64,000 nt of DNA from contig JBMNJT010000002.1 of assembly GCA_050951805.1 (NCBI GenBank), positions 768,001 through 832,000 on the forward strand. Reading direction: 5' to 3'. Of this stretch, positions 21,662-31,736 are shown piece after piece. This stretch comes from Bacillota bacterium. Lineage in GTDB: Bacteria; Bacillota; DTU025. The stretch's first letter is position 1, and each line of letters begins with the position of its first letter. Under the pieces are notes generated by a model. That model saw only the letters and a program-made list of their open reading frames with translations. It was not told where the DNA came from and searched no databases. The position numbers were made by a program, and so were the translations under genes.

Positions 21662-23160
21662 AGCTGTGCGACATGACCATTCACGAGCTTGCAGCATTGC
21701 TTCGGGCAGGAGAAGTCACATCCACGGAGATAACCGAATCTGTCTTTGATCGGATAGATCAGGTAGAGGAATCAGTTGGCGCTTATGTGACCACCGCCCG
21801 CGACCAGGCGTTTGAACAGGCAGCTGCGGCAGATAAGCGACTGCTTCAAGCGCGGAAAAGAGGAAGTCTCTCTGATATCAGCCCGCTGATGGGGATTCCA
21901 TTGGCATTGAAGGACAATATCTGTACCCGGGGCATCAGGACAACGTGTGCTTCGAAGATGCTTGCGGATTTTGTGCCGCCATACGATGCGACTGTAGCCA
22001 GGCGTCTCGGGGACTTGGGCGCAGTAATTGTAGGGAAGACCAACATGGACGAGTTTGCCATGGGATCATCAACGGAGAACTCGGCATTCCACGTTACCCG
22101 GAATCCGTGGGATTTTGAGAGGGTGCCCGGGGGCTCTAGCGGGGGCTCAGCGGCGGCGGTGGCGGCCGGAGAGGCCATAGGCGCCTTAGGGACAGATACA
22201 GGGGGTTCAGTGCGGCAACCCGCCTCATTCTGCGGACTCGTCGGATTGAAGCCGACGTATGCACGGGTGAGCAGATACGGAGTAGTGGCATTTTCGTCAT
22301 CTCTAGACCAAGTTGGCCCTATTACCCGGGACGTTTGGGACTGTGCAATCATGTTGAGAGCAATAGCAGGCCGTGACGAACGTGACGCGACGTCTTCACC
22401 TGAACCGGTTCCTGATTACTGCGGATTTCTGAAAGAGACAGACAGAGATTTTACTATTGGGGTGCCTTCCGAATTCATGCATTCAGGGCTCGATAGTGGC
22501 ATCAGGGAACTGATCGATAATGCAGTGCGTGCTCTGGAAGACGCGGGAGCGCGAATTGTGGAGGTATCGTTGCCACATTCGGACTATGCGATTGCAGTCT
22601 ACTACCTTATTGCCACCGCCGAGGCCAGCTCGAACCTGGCGCGTATGGATGGGATTAGGTATGGCTTTCGAGCCGAGGATGCCCATGGCGTTCAGGCAGT
22701 GATAAGGCAGAGCAGAAGCGAGGGGTTTGGTCCCGAGGTGAAGCGCCGCATCATGTTGGGCACCCACGCGTTGAGCTCGAAGCATTATGATGAGTACTAT
22801 CTCAAGGCACTGAAGGCACGAACTCTAATACTAGGTGACGTGAAAGAAGTTCTCGAGAAATGTGATTGCATCATCTCGCCGACGTCGCCGACGGTGGCGT
22901 TCAGAATAGGCGAAAAGCTAGATGACCCCGTGGCCCTGTATTTGATGGATGTTTACACAACCATAGCTAACCTTTCAGGCATGCCTGCGGTATCCGTGCC
23001 ATGCGGGACCCTTAAAGGACTCCCTGTCGGAGCCCAACTTATAGGGAGGGCTTTTGACGAGGGCACACTATTTCGCATTGCCCATCTGTTGGAGCAGGCA
23101 TGCGGCGAGTCGGTAAAGCGGCCGCCACTTGAAGCCATGAAAGGGGGGCGTGACAGATGA
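21658..23160 (+). CDS. gatA: Asp/Glu-tRNA amidotransferase subunit A
   Basis: GKTNMDEFAMGSSTE, PGGSSGGSAAA, DTGGSVRQPA, EVKRRIMLG. Confidence 0.97.
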   Translation: MKLCDMTIHELAALLRAGEVTSTEITESVFDRIDQVEESVGAYVTTARDQAFEQAAAADKRLLQARKRGSLSDISPLMGIPLALKDNICTRGIRTTCASKMLADFVPPYDATVARRLGDLGAVIVGKTNMDEFAMGSSTENSAFHVTRNPWDFERVPGGSSGGSAAAVAAGEAIGALGTDTGGSVRQPASFCGLVGLKPTYARVSRYGVVAFSSSLDQVGPITRDVWDCAIMLRAIAGRDERDATSSPEPVPDYCGFLKETDRDFTIGVPSEFMHSGLDSGIRELIDNAVRALEDAGARIVEVSLPHSDYAIAVYYLIATAEASSNLARMDGIRYGFRAEDAHGVQAVIRQSRSEGFGPEVKRRIMLGTHALSSKHYDEYYLKALKARTLILGDVKEVLEKCDCIISPTSPTVAFRIGEKLDDPVALYLMDVYTTIANLSGMPAVSVPCGTLKGLPVGAQLIGRAFDEGTLFRIAHLLEQACGESVKRPPLEAMKGGRDR

Positions 23161-24611
23161 CTTCGGATTATGAAGTTGTTGTTGGAATAGAAGTCCACGT
23201 CGAGTTGGCTACTGAATCCAAGGTGTTCTGTGGGTGCAGGACAGCTTTCGGGGCCGAGCCGAATACCCAAACATGCCCCACATGCTTGGGCATGCCTGGC
23301 GCTCTTCCAGTGCTCAACAAGAGGGCATTGGAGTTCGCGATTCGCGCTGCTTTGGCCCTCAACTGTTCTGTAGCAGACTATACTAAATTCGATCGAAAGA
23401 ACTACTTCTATCCTGACTTGCCCAAAGGTTATCAGATATCCCAGTATGACTGCCCAATAGGGAGCAATGGATACATGGACGTGGATGTCAATGGCGAGTC
23501 CAAACGGATAAGGATCAAAAGAGTTCATCTCGAGGAAGAGACGGCCAAACTGATGCATGCCGGAGATGACATTATTTCCGCCAGCCATTCGCTGCTCGAT
23601 TTCAACAGGTCGGGGATTCCACTGATCGAGATCGTATCTGAGGCGGACATGAGGTCCGCTGATGAGGCAAGGGCTTACCTCACTAAGCTTCGCTCCATAT
23701 TGCTTGCTATCGGAGTATCTGACTGCAAGATGGAGGAGGGTTCCATGAGGTGTGAAGCTAACATCTCGGTGATGCCTCGCGGGTCTGAACAGTATGGTAC
23801 GTTGGTAGAATTGAAGAACATCGCCTCTTTCCGGGCCGTGCACAGGGCCATTCAGTATGAGGCGGCGAGGCAGATAGAGATTGTGAGCTCTGGTGGAGAG
23901 GTGGCGAGGGAGACTCGCCATTGGGACGATGCCAAAGGCGAGACTGCGTTCATGAGGGGGAAGGAAGAGGCGCATGACTATCGCTATTTCCCCGAACCCG
24001 ACCTTGGTCCAATCGTGATTGATAGGGCATGGGTGGAGAAGATCCGAGTTGAGCTGCCTGAGCTTCCTGACGCCAAGGCTGAGAGATACATGCGCGAATG
24101 GGATTTGCCGAAGTATGATGCTTGCCAGATCGCAGACTCCGCAGACCTTTCGGATTTATTCGAGAAGACCTGTGCCATCGTGGGAGAGGGGCGAGAGGTT
24201 GCCAAGTGGATATTGGGAGAGGTCATGGCGTCTCTTAATGCTACAGGTATTGAGCTGTCGGAATCCAAACTCACCCCGGAGCTTTTCGCAGAGCTCATAG
24301 ATCTGATGACGACTGGGAAGATATCCGGCAAGATTGCCAAGTCAGTCTTTGAGGATGTTTTTAGTAACGGCAGGCGCCCAAGCGACATAGTGAAAGAGCG
24401 CGGATTGCTACAGATAAGCGATGTTGGTGAACTTGTGACCATTGTCGAAAAGGTGATCGACGCTAATCCTGGCCCCGTAGCTGACTATCATGCCGGCAAA
24501 GAGAGGGCGTTGGGGTTCTTGGTAGGTCAGGTCATGAAGGAGACTCGTGGCCGGGCAAATCCTCAGGAGACTAACAGGATCCTCAGGGAAGAGTTGGACA
24601 AGAGGGCTTGA
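23157..24611 (+). CDS. gatB: Asp/Glu-tRNA amidotransferase subunit B
   Basis: GIEVHVEL, FDRKNYFYPDLPKGYQISQ, DYRYFPEPDL, GFLVGQVMK. Confidence 0.97.
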   Translation: MTSDYEVVVGIEVHVELATESKVFCGCRTAFGAEPNTQTCPTCLGMPGALPVLNKRALEFAIRAALALNCSVADYTKFDRKNYFYPDLPKGYQISQYDCPIGSNGYMDVDVNGESKRIRIKRVHLEEETAKLMHAGDDIISASHSLLDFNRSGIPLIEIVSEADMRSADEARAYLTKLRSILLAIGVSDCKMEEGSMRCEANISVMPRGSEQYGTLVELKNIASFRAVHRAIQYEAARQIEIVSSGGEVARETRHWDDAKGETAFMRGKEEAHDYRYFPEPDLGPIVIDRAWVEKIRVELPELPDAKAERYMREWDLPKYDACQIADSADLSDLFEKTCAIVGEGREVAKWILGEVMASLNATGIELSESKLTPELFAELIDLMTTGKISGKIAKSVFEDVFSNGRRPSDIVKERGLLQISDVGELVTIVEKVIDANPGPVADYHAGKERALGFLVGQVMKETRGRANPQETNRILREELDKRA

Positions 24612-24697
24612 GGACATATTGTTAAGCTCGAAGAATTTGGGTTGCCCCTCGCGCAAGAGCATGGATCTAGATAGTATTTGTCTGAGTGCAAAGCAAG

Positions 24698-24727
24698 GGC
24701 GTGCAGACGAGTATTCGTCTGCGCGCC
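24698..24727 (+). terminator. Stem-loop after gatB
   Basis: GGCGTGCAGACGA-GTAT-TCGTCTGCGCGCC. Confidence 0.65.
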
Positions 24728-24732
24728 TCATC

Positions 24733-25128
24733 GTGCTGTTCGGTGCTAATAAGATGAAAGTCCCGAACGAGGGTAATGACAAGGGTGTTGTTGCGAGGCA
24801 AGGCCCGAAGACTGGCTAACCTAGGAGGAACTGGTCCCGCCTGAAATCGAGTCTGAGTTTGCCAGTATGATAATCCTTTCAGATGCAGCGTCCGGGACTT
24901 GGATGTTAGGCAAAACGTAACCAGTTAAGACTTAGATTAGTCAACCAGGGCCGGGCCTTTAAGCGTGGGGTGGTTGACTGTCGTGCGGATGAGGTTGAAC
25001 GCACAATATGGAGCTTAGGACTTCCAGATTTGGGTAGTGAAAGAACCCCGATAGATCCATGGAACCAACCTCCATCTGGGCCATGCCGATGCTAAAGTTT
25101 ACTGTGAAAGCTGTGAGAGATGTTCACA
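24733..25128 (+). ncRNA. ORF-less group IIC intron-like structured RNA or intron remnant; 3' end uncertain
   Basis: Starts GTGCT 5 nt after a hairpin; domain I-like motifs GATGAAAGTCCCGAAC, CAAGGGTGT..GCGAG..CCCGAAG, GAGGAAC, TGAGTTTGC, TCCTTTC in IIC order; no recognisable domain V. Confidence 0.55.
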
Positions 25129-26478
25129 TTACCCTTCCGCACTGCGCTTCTTCTCTATTCCCTGTATGATGGCTTCTCTACGGTCTCCGTCGATGGGGTA
25201 GTAATAGAGTGCTATCAGTGCTAGCACTAGCGAGACTATGGGGACTACTGTCATGAGAATCCTGAAACCTGGAATGACTGTGCTAGGCTGAGAGGCGAGA
25301 TTCGGGTTGTACCCGTGCATTCCCATGATCGCACTGAAGGTGATAGCCTCGAGGGAGACTCCAAGGCGCATAACAAATGCGTTCGCGCCAAAGTAGGCGC
25401 CTTCTCGACGGGTTCCAGTACCGAGTTCGTCTTCGTCAATGACGTCGGCTATGAGAACGTCAATAATCACCATGAGGCCAGCGAGGCCTATGCCTGCGAA
25501 GGCCGAAGTGATCATCCCGCCAAGGAGGGTTGTGACGTATCCGAAAGGAATAAGGGCTACCGCAAACACGACGGCTGCTACCATTGCTGTGCGTCGCGGC
25601 CCTATGCGATTCGTCACACGTCCCCACACCCAAACCATAGGAAGCGCGACTAGAAATATGGGCGCCAACACGAGCGTATTTTGAGCGTCGGTGAGTCCGA
25701 GAACATACTTGCAGAAAAACGGCATGGTGGCTGGCAACAGAACGAAGGTGAACTGGATTAATAGACTTGCGAGAACGAACGTTACAAAGGACTTGTTCAC
25801 GAAGGTGTGTTTGAAGGCCTCACTTACGCGTAGCCCTTGCTGCTCGCTGAAGTCTGGATTCTCTTTCGACCCGAGCAGGCTTAGGAACATGCTCAATCCG
25901 CCTATGACCGCGAAGAGAATACCCATTCCGGCCCAGCCGAACCATTGCCTGAACTGAGGAGCAAGGACCATGCCTATGATCATTCCTACAATTCCGAGGG
26001 CCTGGCGAAGGGCGGATACTTGGGAACGCTGTGTCAGCGAGGGATACATTTCGGGGTAGAGGGCGGTCCAGTTCAGGACGACTACTGTGAATAGCCCGTC
26101 GAAGAGGAAGGCGGTGACGAGAAAATAGGCGAACAGCGACCTGGAGCTTGCCTGCGCCCACTGGGGAACCCACCACACAAGGGCGAAGATGATGCAGAAT
26201 GGAATAGTGCCGAAAAGGATGAACGGAATCCTTCGCCCCCAGCGCGTGCGCGTGTTGTCTGACCATTGTCCTGCCAGGGGGTCGTTGATGGCATTCCATA
26301 TGCCATAGAGAGCCATGCCTGTTCCGTAAAGCGCTAATGGCATTTTCAGAATGTCGACGTAGTAGAGCTGAACCCAAGCATTGAAGGCTTGTCCGAGAAG
26401 TGCTGCGCTGAACGAGCCAAGGCTATAGAGAAAGGCCCCTGCGGTGGTTCCGTGGTATTTGCCGATCTTTCCAGTCAC
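25129..26478 (-). CDS. MFS transporter, GPH/MelB (Na+:sugar) family
   Basis: WNAINDPLAGQWSDNTRTRWGRRIPF, ADVIDEDELGTGTRREGAYFG; GTG start after GGGAGGGG. Confidence 0.9.
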   Translation of the reverse strand: MTGKIGKYHGTTAGAFLYSLGSFSAALLGQAFNAWVQLYYVDILKMPLALYGTGMALYGIWNAINDPLAGQWSDNTRTRWGRRIPFILFGTIPFCIIFALVWWVPQWAQASSRSLFAYFLVTAFLFDGLFTVVVLNWTALYPEMYPSLTQRSQVSALRQALGIVGMIIGMVLAPQFRQWFGWAGMGILFAVIGGLSMFLSLLGSKENPDFSEQQGLRVSEAFKHTFVNKSFVTFVLASLLIQFTFVLLPATMPFFCKYVLGLTDAQNTLVLAPIFLVALPMVWVWGRVTNRIGPRRTAMVAAVVFAVALIPFGYVTTLLGGMITSAFAGIGLAGLMVIIDVLIADVIDEDELGTGTRREGAYFGANAFVMRLGVSLEAITFSAIMGMHGYNPNLASQPSTVIPGFRILMTVVPIVSLVLALIALYYYPIDGDRREAIIQGIEKKRSAEG

Positions 26479-26725
26479 TTGAACCCCTCCCAACAGTGAT
26501 TCTGACGAATGTTTCGACATTGGCAGGCAATCGCCTGCTATGACTCATAGTTGGCATGTGGCTATTATTGTGCTGTAGATTACGCATCACAAAGCACTCT
26601 CAGAGCTTGACTCAACCACGAATGCCTGATCCGCCACCGGTTTCTTTATGGGGGTTTGATGAAACCGAAAGTAGAGAGGGCAATGTCCTTTCTTTGCTGC
26701 ATGGTCGGACTTTCCCTGGAAAGCG

Positions 26726-26749
26726 AGAGAGAGGGTTGCCCCTCTCTCT
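26726..26749. terminator. Hairpin downstream of clpB
   Basis: AGAGAGAGGG-TTGC-CCCTCTCTCT. Confidence 0.5.
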
Positions 26750-26801
26750 GATATCTATTCATCTGTGGCGATGAGCATCCGCGTAGATGTCCGTTCTTGA
26801 G

Positions 26802-29399
26802 TTAGGCTTTCTGAAACGCCAGAGCTCCGCCATTTTCGCCGGCGTCCGTGAGAACTACCTTTATTCTGTCACCAGGCGCGAACTTGCCTTGCAATATCTC
26901 CATGGCCAGCGGATTCTCGAGTTCTCTTTGAATGGCACGTTTGAGGGGCCTGGCTCCGTACACAGGGTCATATCCCGTCTCGGCTAGGAAGTCCCGCACC
27001 TGGGGCGTCCACTCGAGTAAGAAACCTTGTGATGCAACCCGATCGCGGACCAAGCCGAGTTGGATCTGGACGATCTGCGATATTTCCTCCCGTCCCAACC
27101 TATTGAAGATCAGTATTTCATCGATTCTGTTGAGAAACTCGGGCCTGAATGCTTGTCGAAGCACTTCCATCACCAGATCCCGCATCTGCTCCTCAGAGCC
27201 TGTGGCGTGTTCCATGATGTGCTGGCTGCCCAGGTTGGAGGTCATTATTATCACAGTGTTGCGGAAATCTACGGTTCGCCCCTGACCATCTGTCAGCCTG
27301 CCATCGTCGAGGAGCTGTAGCAGGACGTTGAAGACCTCCTGATGCGCCTTCTCTATTTCGTCGAGCAATATGACTGAATAGGGCCGTCGCCTCACTGCCT
27401 CGGTTAACTGGCCGCCCTCTTCGTAGCCGACATATCCTGGCGGCGCGCCGATCAGCCTGGCCACTGTGTGTCTCTCCTGATACTCCGACATGTCGATCCT
27501 TACCATTGCGCGTTCATCGTCGAAGAGGAATTCAGCTAACGCCTTTGCCAGTTCGGTCTTGCCTACACCGGTAGGGCCCAGGAATAGGAATGACCCTATC
27601 GGCCTCTCGGGATCGGAGAGCCCGGAGCGGGCACGCCTGACTGCGTTTGATACCGCCTCTATCGCTTCGTCCTGTCCAATCACCCTTCTCCGGAGGAGTT
27701 GCTCCATCTTGAGAAGCTTCTCCGTTTCTCCCTCCAGTAGCCGCGTTACAGGAATACCAGTCCATTTCGCGACTATCTCAGCGATATCTTCATCATCCAC
27801 TTCTTCTTTGAGGAAGCGCTGCTCCTTTTGGAGCTCGGCGATTTCCTGGTTTGCGCGATCCAGTTCTTGCTGGAGAGACAGCTGTACACCGTAGCGAAGC
27901 TCAGCTGCGCGTCCGAGATCGCCGGCACGTTCTGCCGCCTGCTCCTCTATCTTGGCCTCTTCGATTTTCTGCTTTATCTCTCTGATCCTGGCAATAGTCT
28001 CTTTTTCCTTTTGCCAGTGTGCTTTCATGGCCTCAGATTTCTCTTTGAGCTCCTTGAGCTCCTCGTTGAGCCTGATGAGCCTTTCTCGGGATGATTCATC
28101 ATCTTCTTTGTCGAGCGCGTGGCGCTCGATCTCCAGCTGCACAATACGGCGCTCCACTTCATCGATTTCAGCGGGCATCGAGTCGATTTCCATTCTCAAC
28201 TTTGACGCAGCTTCGTCCATGAGGTCTATGGCCTTATCAGGCAAAAACCGGTCGGATATATACCGATCCGACAAAACGGCCGCTGCCACGAGAGCCGAAT
28301 CCTTTATCTTAACTCCGTGATGGACTTCGTATCTTTCCTTCAGTCCCCTCAGTATGGCGATGGTGTCCTCAACAGAGGGCTCATCTACCATCACAGGTTG
28401 GAACCTGCGTTCGAGCGCGGCATCTTTCTCGATATACTTACGATACTCATCGATAGTTGTTGCGCCAACTGCTCTCAGTTCGCCTCGGGCTAGTGCGGGC
28501 TTAAGCATGTTCGAGGCATCGATTGAGCCCTCGGCAGCTCCAGCACCTACGAGTGTGTGGAGTTCATCAATAAACAGAATTATCTGTCCTTCGGCATCCT
28601 CTATGTCTTTCAGCACTGCTTTGAGCCGGTCTTCGAATTCGCCTCTATACTTGCTTCCGGCAACTAGTGCACCTAGATCTAGCGAGAGCACCCGCTTGTT
28701 CTTGAGACTGTCAGGCACATCTCCGGCGGCTATGCGTTGCGCGAGACCTTCCACGATGGCAGTCTTGCCAACGCCCGGCTCTCCGATGAGAACGGGATTA
28801 TTCTTTGTTCGCCTAGAGAGGACCTGGATCACCCGGCGGACTTCTTCGTCCCGACCTATGACGGGATCTAGAGTTCCTTTGCGCGCCAGGTCAGTAAGGT
28901 CTCGGGTGTATCTTTCCAGTGCTTGATACTTGTCTTCGGGGTTCTGGTCGGTCACCCGATGCGTGCCTCGCACATCGACGAGTGCCTTGTATATGGCGTC
29001 CTTGGTCACTCCCATCGATCTGAGCAGGCGCCCTGAATCATCATCAGCTCCGGCCAAGGCCAGAAGGATATGCTCGGTACTTACGTACTCATCCTTAAGC
29101 CGCCCGGCTTCAGATGAGGCATCATCGAGCAGACTGGCCGTGGCTGTAGACAAGTACTGACCGGCTTCTTGGCCATAGACCTTTGGAAGCTTCTCTAAGG
29201 ATGAAGCAACGGTCCTTGTCAATACCTCGGCAGAAACGCCAAGCTTTGATAGGATAAGAGAGACTACGCCTTCCTCCTGTTCAAGAAGGGCCGCTAGAAT
29301 GTGCATCGGCGCAACGCTTTGATGCTGGTTTGCCTGAGCGATGCTCTGCGCGCGCGCGATTGCCTCCTGAGATTTTACTGTAAGTTCTTCAAATCTCAT
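26802..29399 (-). CDS. clpB: Chaperone ClpB
   Basis: Two AAA+ modules ([16 protein letters not shown]), long coiled-coil M domain, GYVGYEEGG. Confidence 0.97.
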   Translation of the reverse strand: MRFEELTVKSQEAIARAQSIAQANQHQSVAPMHILAALLEQEEGVVSLILSKLGVSAEVLTRTVASSLEKLPKVYGQEAGQYLSTATASLLDDASSEAGRLKDEYVSTEHILLALAGADDDSGRLLRSMGVTKDAIYKALVDVRGTHRVTDQNPEDKYQALERYTRDLTDLARKGTLDPVIGRDEEVRRVIQVLSRRTKNNPVLIGEPGVGKTAIVEGLAQRIAAGDVPDSLKNKRVLSLDLGALVAGSKYRGEFEDRLKAVLKDIEDAEGQIILFIDELHTLVGAGAAEGSIDASNMLKPALARGELRAVGATTIDEYRKYIEKDAALERRFQPVMVDEPSVEDTIAILRGLKERYEVHHGVKIKDSALVAAAVLSDRYISDRFLPDKAIDLMDEAASKLRMEIDSMPAEIDEVERRIVQLEIERHALDKEDDESSRERLIRLNEELKELKEKSEAMKAHWQKEKETIARIREIKQKIEEAKIEEQAAERAGDLGRAAELRYGVQLSLQQELDRANQEIAELQKEQRFLKEEVDDEDIAEIVAKWTGIPVTRLLEGETEKLLKMEQLLRRRVIGQDEAIEAVSNAVRRARSGLSDPERPIGSFLFLGPTGVGKTELAKALAEFLFDDERAMVRIDMSEYQERHTVARLIGAPPGYVGYEEGGQLTEAVRRRPYSVILLDEIEKAHQEVFNVLLQLLDDGRLTDGQGRTVDFRNTVIIMTSNLGSQHIMEHATGSEEQMRDLVMEVLRQAFRPEFLNRIDEILIFNRLGREEISQIVQIQLGLVRDRVASQGFLLEWTPQVRDFLAETGYDPVYGARPLKRAIQRELENPLAMEILQGKFAPGDRIKVVLTDAGENGGALAFQKA

Positions 29400-30376
29400 G
29401 CCTCATCCCTCCCTGACGAGCTGGCGCTCGTTAGTCGTTCAAGTTCTCGGAAGAGTTCGCGCTCTTGTTCTGTTAGGTTACTGGGCAAGACAACATTTAC
29501 CTTGACCATCAAATCGCCACGTTTTCCTCCCTTGGTTGACGGCATGCCAAGTCCGCGCAATCGCAACACTTGTCCGTTCTGGGTCTCCGGAGGCACTCTT
29601 ACCGAAATTGTGTCCCCTGTCACAGTCTGCAGTTGGACTTCGCCTCCGAGAACCGCGACAGTGAGGGGAACGTTCACCTTCACATAAAGATCGTCGCCAC
29701 GGAGCTGGTACCCGCGATGGGGGCGTATCCGCACCTTAAGATAGAGATTGCCACGGCCTCCCGGAGCTCCTGCTCCTTCGCCGGCAATTCGAAGGCGTGT
29801 GCCATCGCGCACCCCCGGAGGAATATCGACTACTATTTTCCGCCGAGACCCGTCGGTTGGGTCGACGATTTCGATCGAACGTTGGCTGCCGGTGAATGCT
29901 TCATCAAGACCGATTTCGAGTTCATGCTCGATATCACGCTTGACCGGCCTGCGTCGGCTGAAACTGCGTTCGTCGAGATCGTGCAGATCATGTCCGAATA
30001 GGTGGTCTCCAAGTCCCAAATCTCCAAAGAATTGCTTAAAGAAATCGCTAAAATCAGCGTCCGAAAGATTGCCAAAGGTGAACGTTGTGCGCCCGTACCC
30101 AGGTTGGGTTCGTCGTCCCCCTGGAGGCCAGCCAGCGCTGGTCTTTGAGTAATGATCCCAGTCGGCGCCGAGCATATCGTAGCGCTTTCTCTTTTCAGGA
30201 TCGCCCAGCACCTCATAGGCTTCGGCTATCGCCTTGAAGCGTTCCTCTGCCGAACTGTCACCAGGATTGACGTCAGGGTGGTACTGGCGCGCAAGTCGCC
30301 TATAGGCGGACTTTATTTCCTCTTCGGTCGCGTCCTTGGATACGCCAAGGACTTTATAGTAATCTTTGAATTCCAT
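29396..30376 (-). CDS. Class B J-domain protein (DnaJ/CbpA-like, no zinc finger)
   Basis: KDYY..LGV, HPD motif, G/F-rich region, DnaJ_C; no CxxCxGxG repeats. Confidence 0.9.
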   Translation of the reverse strand: MEFKDYYKVLGVSKDATEEEIKSAYRRLARQYHPDVNPGDSSAEERFKAIAEAYEVLGDPEKRKRYDMLGADWDHYSKTSAGWPPGGRRTQPGYGRTTFTFGNLSDADFSDFFKQFFGDLGLGDHLFGHDLHDLDERSFSRRRPVKRDIEHELEIGLDEAFTGSQRSIEIVDPTDGSRRKIVVDIPPGVRDGTRLRIAGEGAGAPGGRGNLYLKVRIRPHRGYQLRGDDLYVKVNVPLTVAVLGGEVQLQTVTGDTISVRVPPETQNGQVLRLRGLGMPSTKGGKRGDLMVKVNVVLPSNLTEQERELFRELERLTSASSSGRDEA

Positions 30377-30419
30377 AGTCCATCTCCCCGGCGCGCCCAT
30401 GCCATTGGCCGTGCGCAGC

Positions 30420-31016
30420 CTAGTCCGATTTCGGTACTGCTACGCGGGCCATGGTCGGCCTCAAACATTCGTTGCAGTATGTGTACCCGCGCCTGAACTC
30501 TTCGACTACAGTCTCGGTTTCGACATCCTCACCGTCGCATGCGGCCACGGCTTCATGGAGGCGGGGATCGAATGGTTCGTTCAGAGCGTCTATAGGTTTG
30601 ACCCCTTCAGATGCCAGTGCGTCGAGGAGTTTTCTCATAATCATCTCAACGCCTTGATGAAGGGACTCGTAGTCAGCGTCTGCCGCTAGTGCCCGCTCCA
30701 TGTCATCGACGATTGCCAGGAGCTTGAGGAACATCTCCTTCTTGCCGCTCCTGATGGTGAATTCTAGGTCCCGCGCCGTCCTGCGTTGGTAGTTTTCGAG
30801 ATCTGCCAAGGCGCGAAGATACATATTCCAGTTTTCCTCGGCCTTTGCTTCGGCTTCAGCCAATTTTAGTCTCAACTCATCACCCTCATTGACCATGTCC
30901 GCATTGGACGGAAGATCTTCGGGTGTGTGCTCTCCGTTAGCTTCAGCACCAGTGACCTCGCTGCTGTCGGACGATTGGATATTGCCGAGGCGCATGTCTT
31001 GCGTGTCTGGGCTCAT
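30420..31016 (-). CDS. grpE: Nucleotide exchange factor GrpE
   Basis: LRALADLENYQRR, FDPRLHEAV, RGY...LRP.M.RV. Confidence 0.93.
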   Translation of the reverse strand: MSPDTQDMRLGNIQSSDSSEVTGAEANGEHTPEDLPSNADMVNEGDELRLKLAEAEAKAEENWNMYLRALADLENYQRRTARDLEFTIRSGKKEMFLKLLAIVDDMERALAADADYESLHQGVEMIMRKLLDALASEGVKPIDALNEPFDPRLHEAVAACDGEDVETETVVEEFRRGYTYCNECLRPTMARVAVPKSD

Positions 31017-31151
31017 TATCTACACCACCGCTCGTTATTGGTAAGTGGCTGTTTGGTGAGGCTTGCGAGACGGTCCGTAAGCAGTGACCGCCGTTTTCCG
31101 GTCTGTCGTCGCCGCTTACGGACCGCACGCCACGCCTACAGTTCAGCCCTG

Positions 31152-31598
31152 TTACTCATTACGAATCTCGATCTGTTTTGGCTTGGCGCCTTCCGATTTC
31201 GGCAGATGCACCTCGAGGATCCCGTTCTTGTAATTAGCTGACACTTTGTCTTCAGCAACAGGTGAAGACAGTGCGAAGCTCCTGCAGAAGCTTCCGAAGC
31301 GTCTCTCTGTGCGCAGGTAGTTCTCGCGTTTGTCTTCGTATTCGGCAGCACGCTGCCCCTTGATCGTCAGCTGATTGTCTGTAAGGGTGATTTCGATATC
31401 GTCAGGATCCATCCCAGGCAGCTCTGCCATGATCACGAACTCTTCTGGGGTTTCAGCTATGTCCACAGGCATTAACAGGCTGCCGTGTGTGATCTGCTCC
31501 TCCATGGGAAGCCCAAGGAATCCATCTCCAAACATGCGGTTGAAAACACGTCTCATTTCCGTAAACTCCTGCCACGGATCGTAATTCATCAACGCCAT
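31152..31598 (-). CDS. Hsp20/alpha-crystallin small heat-shock protein
   Basis: PVDIAET, AELPGM, ERRFGSFCRSF, ANYKNGILEVHLPK; ATG after GGAGGTG. Confidence 0.93.
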   Translation of the reverse strand: MALMNYDPWQEFTEMRRVFNRMFGDGFLGLPMEEQITHGSLLMPVDIAETPEEFVIMAELPGMDPDDIEITLTDNQLTIKGQRAAEYEDKRENYLRTERRFGSFCRSFALSSPVAEDKVSANYKNGILEVHLPKSEGAKPKQIEIRNE

Positions 31599-31736
31599 CA
31601 AACGCACCTCCAGTTTAACAATGTAGTTTTGTCTCGAAACTATGTCTCGGTCTGCCCTCATAGGGTAGGGCAGGGCTTCGACTCATTCGGAAGGCCCGCG
31701 CAGGGGCCTAGTCCGAGTTCGAGATGGCTCACTCGC

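Noticed and set aside
22953-23975. Long antisense ORFs, such as 340 aa opposite gatAB and 282 aa opposite gltX
   Set aside because: Shadow frames of well-conserved genes in GC-rich DNA
24733-25128. raiA-motif, OLE, tmRNA, RNase P or 6S RNA
   Set aside because: Only a short AGGCAAAACG resemblance to raiA; other hallmark motifs and the usual gene contexts are absent; group IIC domain I fits better
26590-26620. HAIR site (CTTGACTCAAC)
   Set aside because: Wrong spacing and located downstream of clpB
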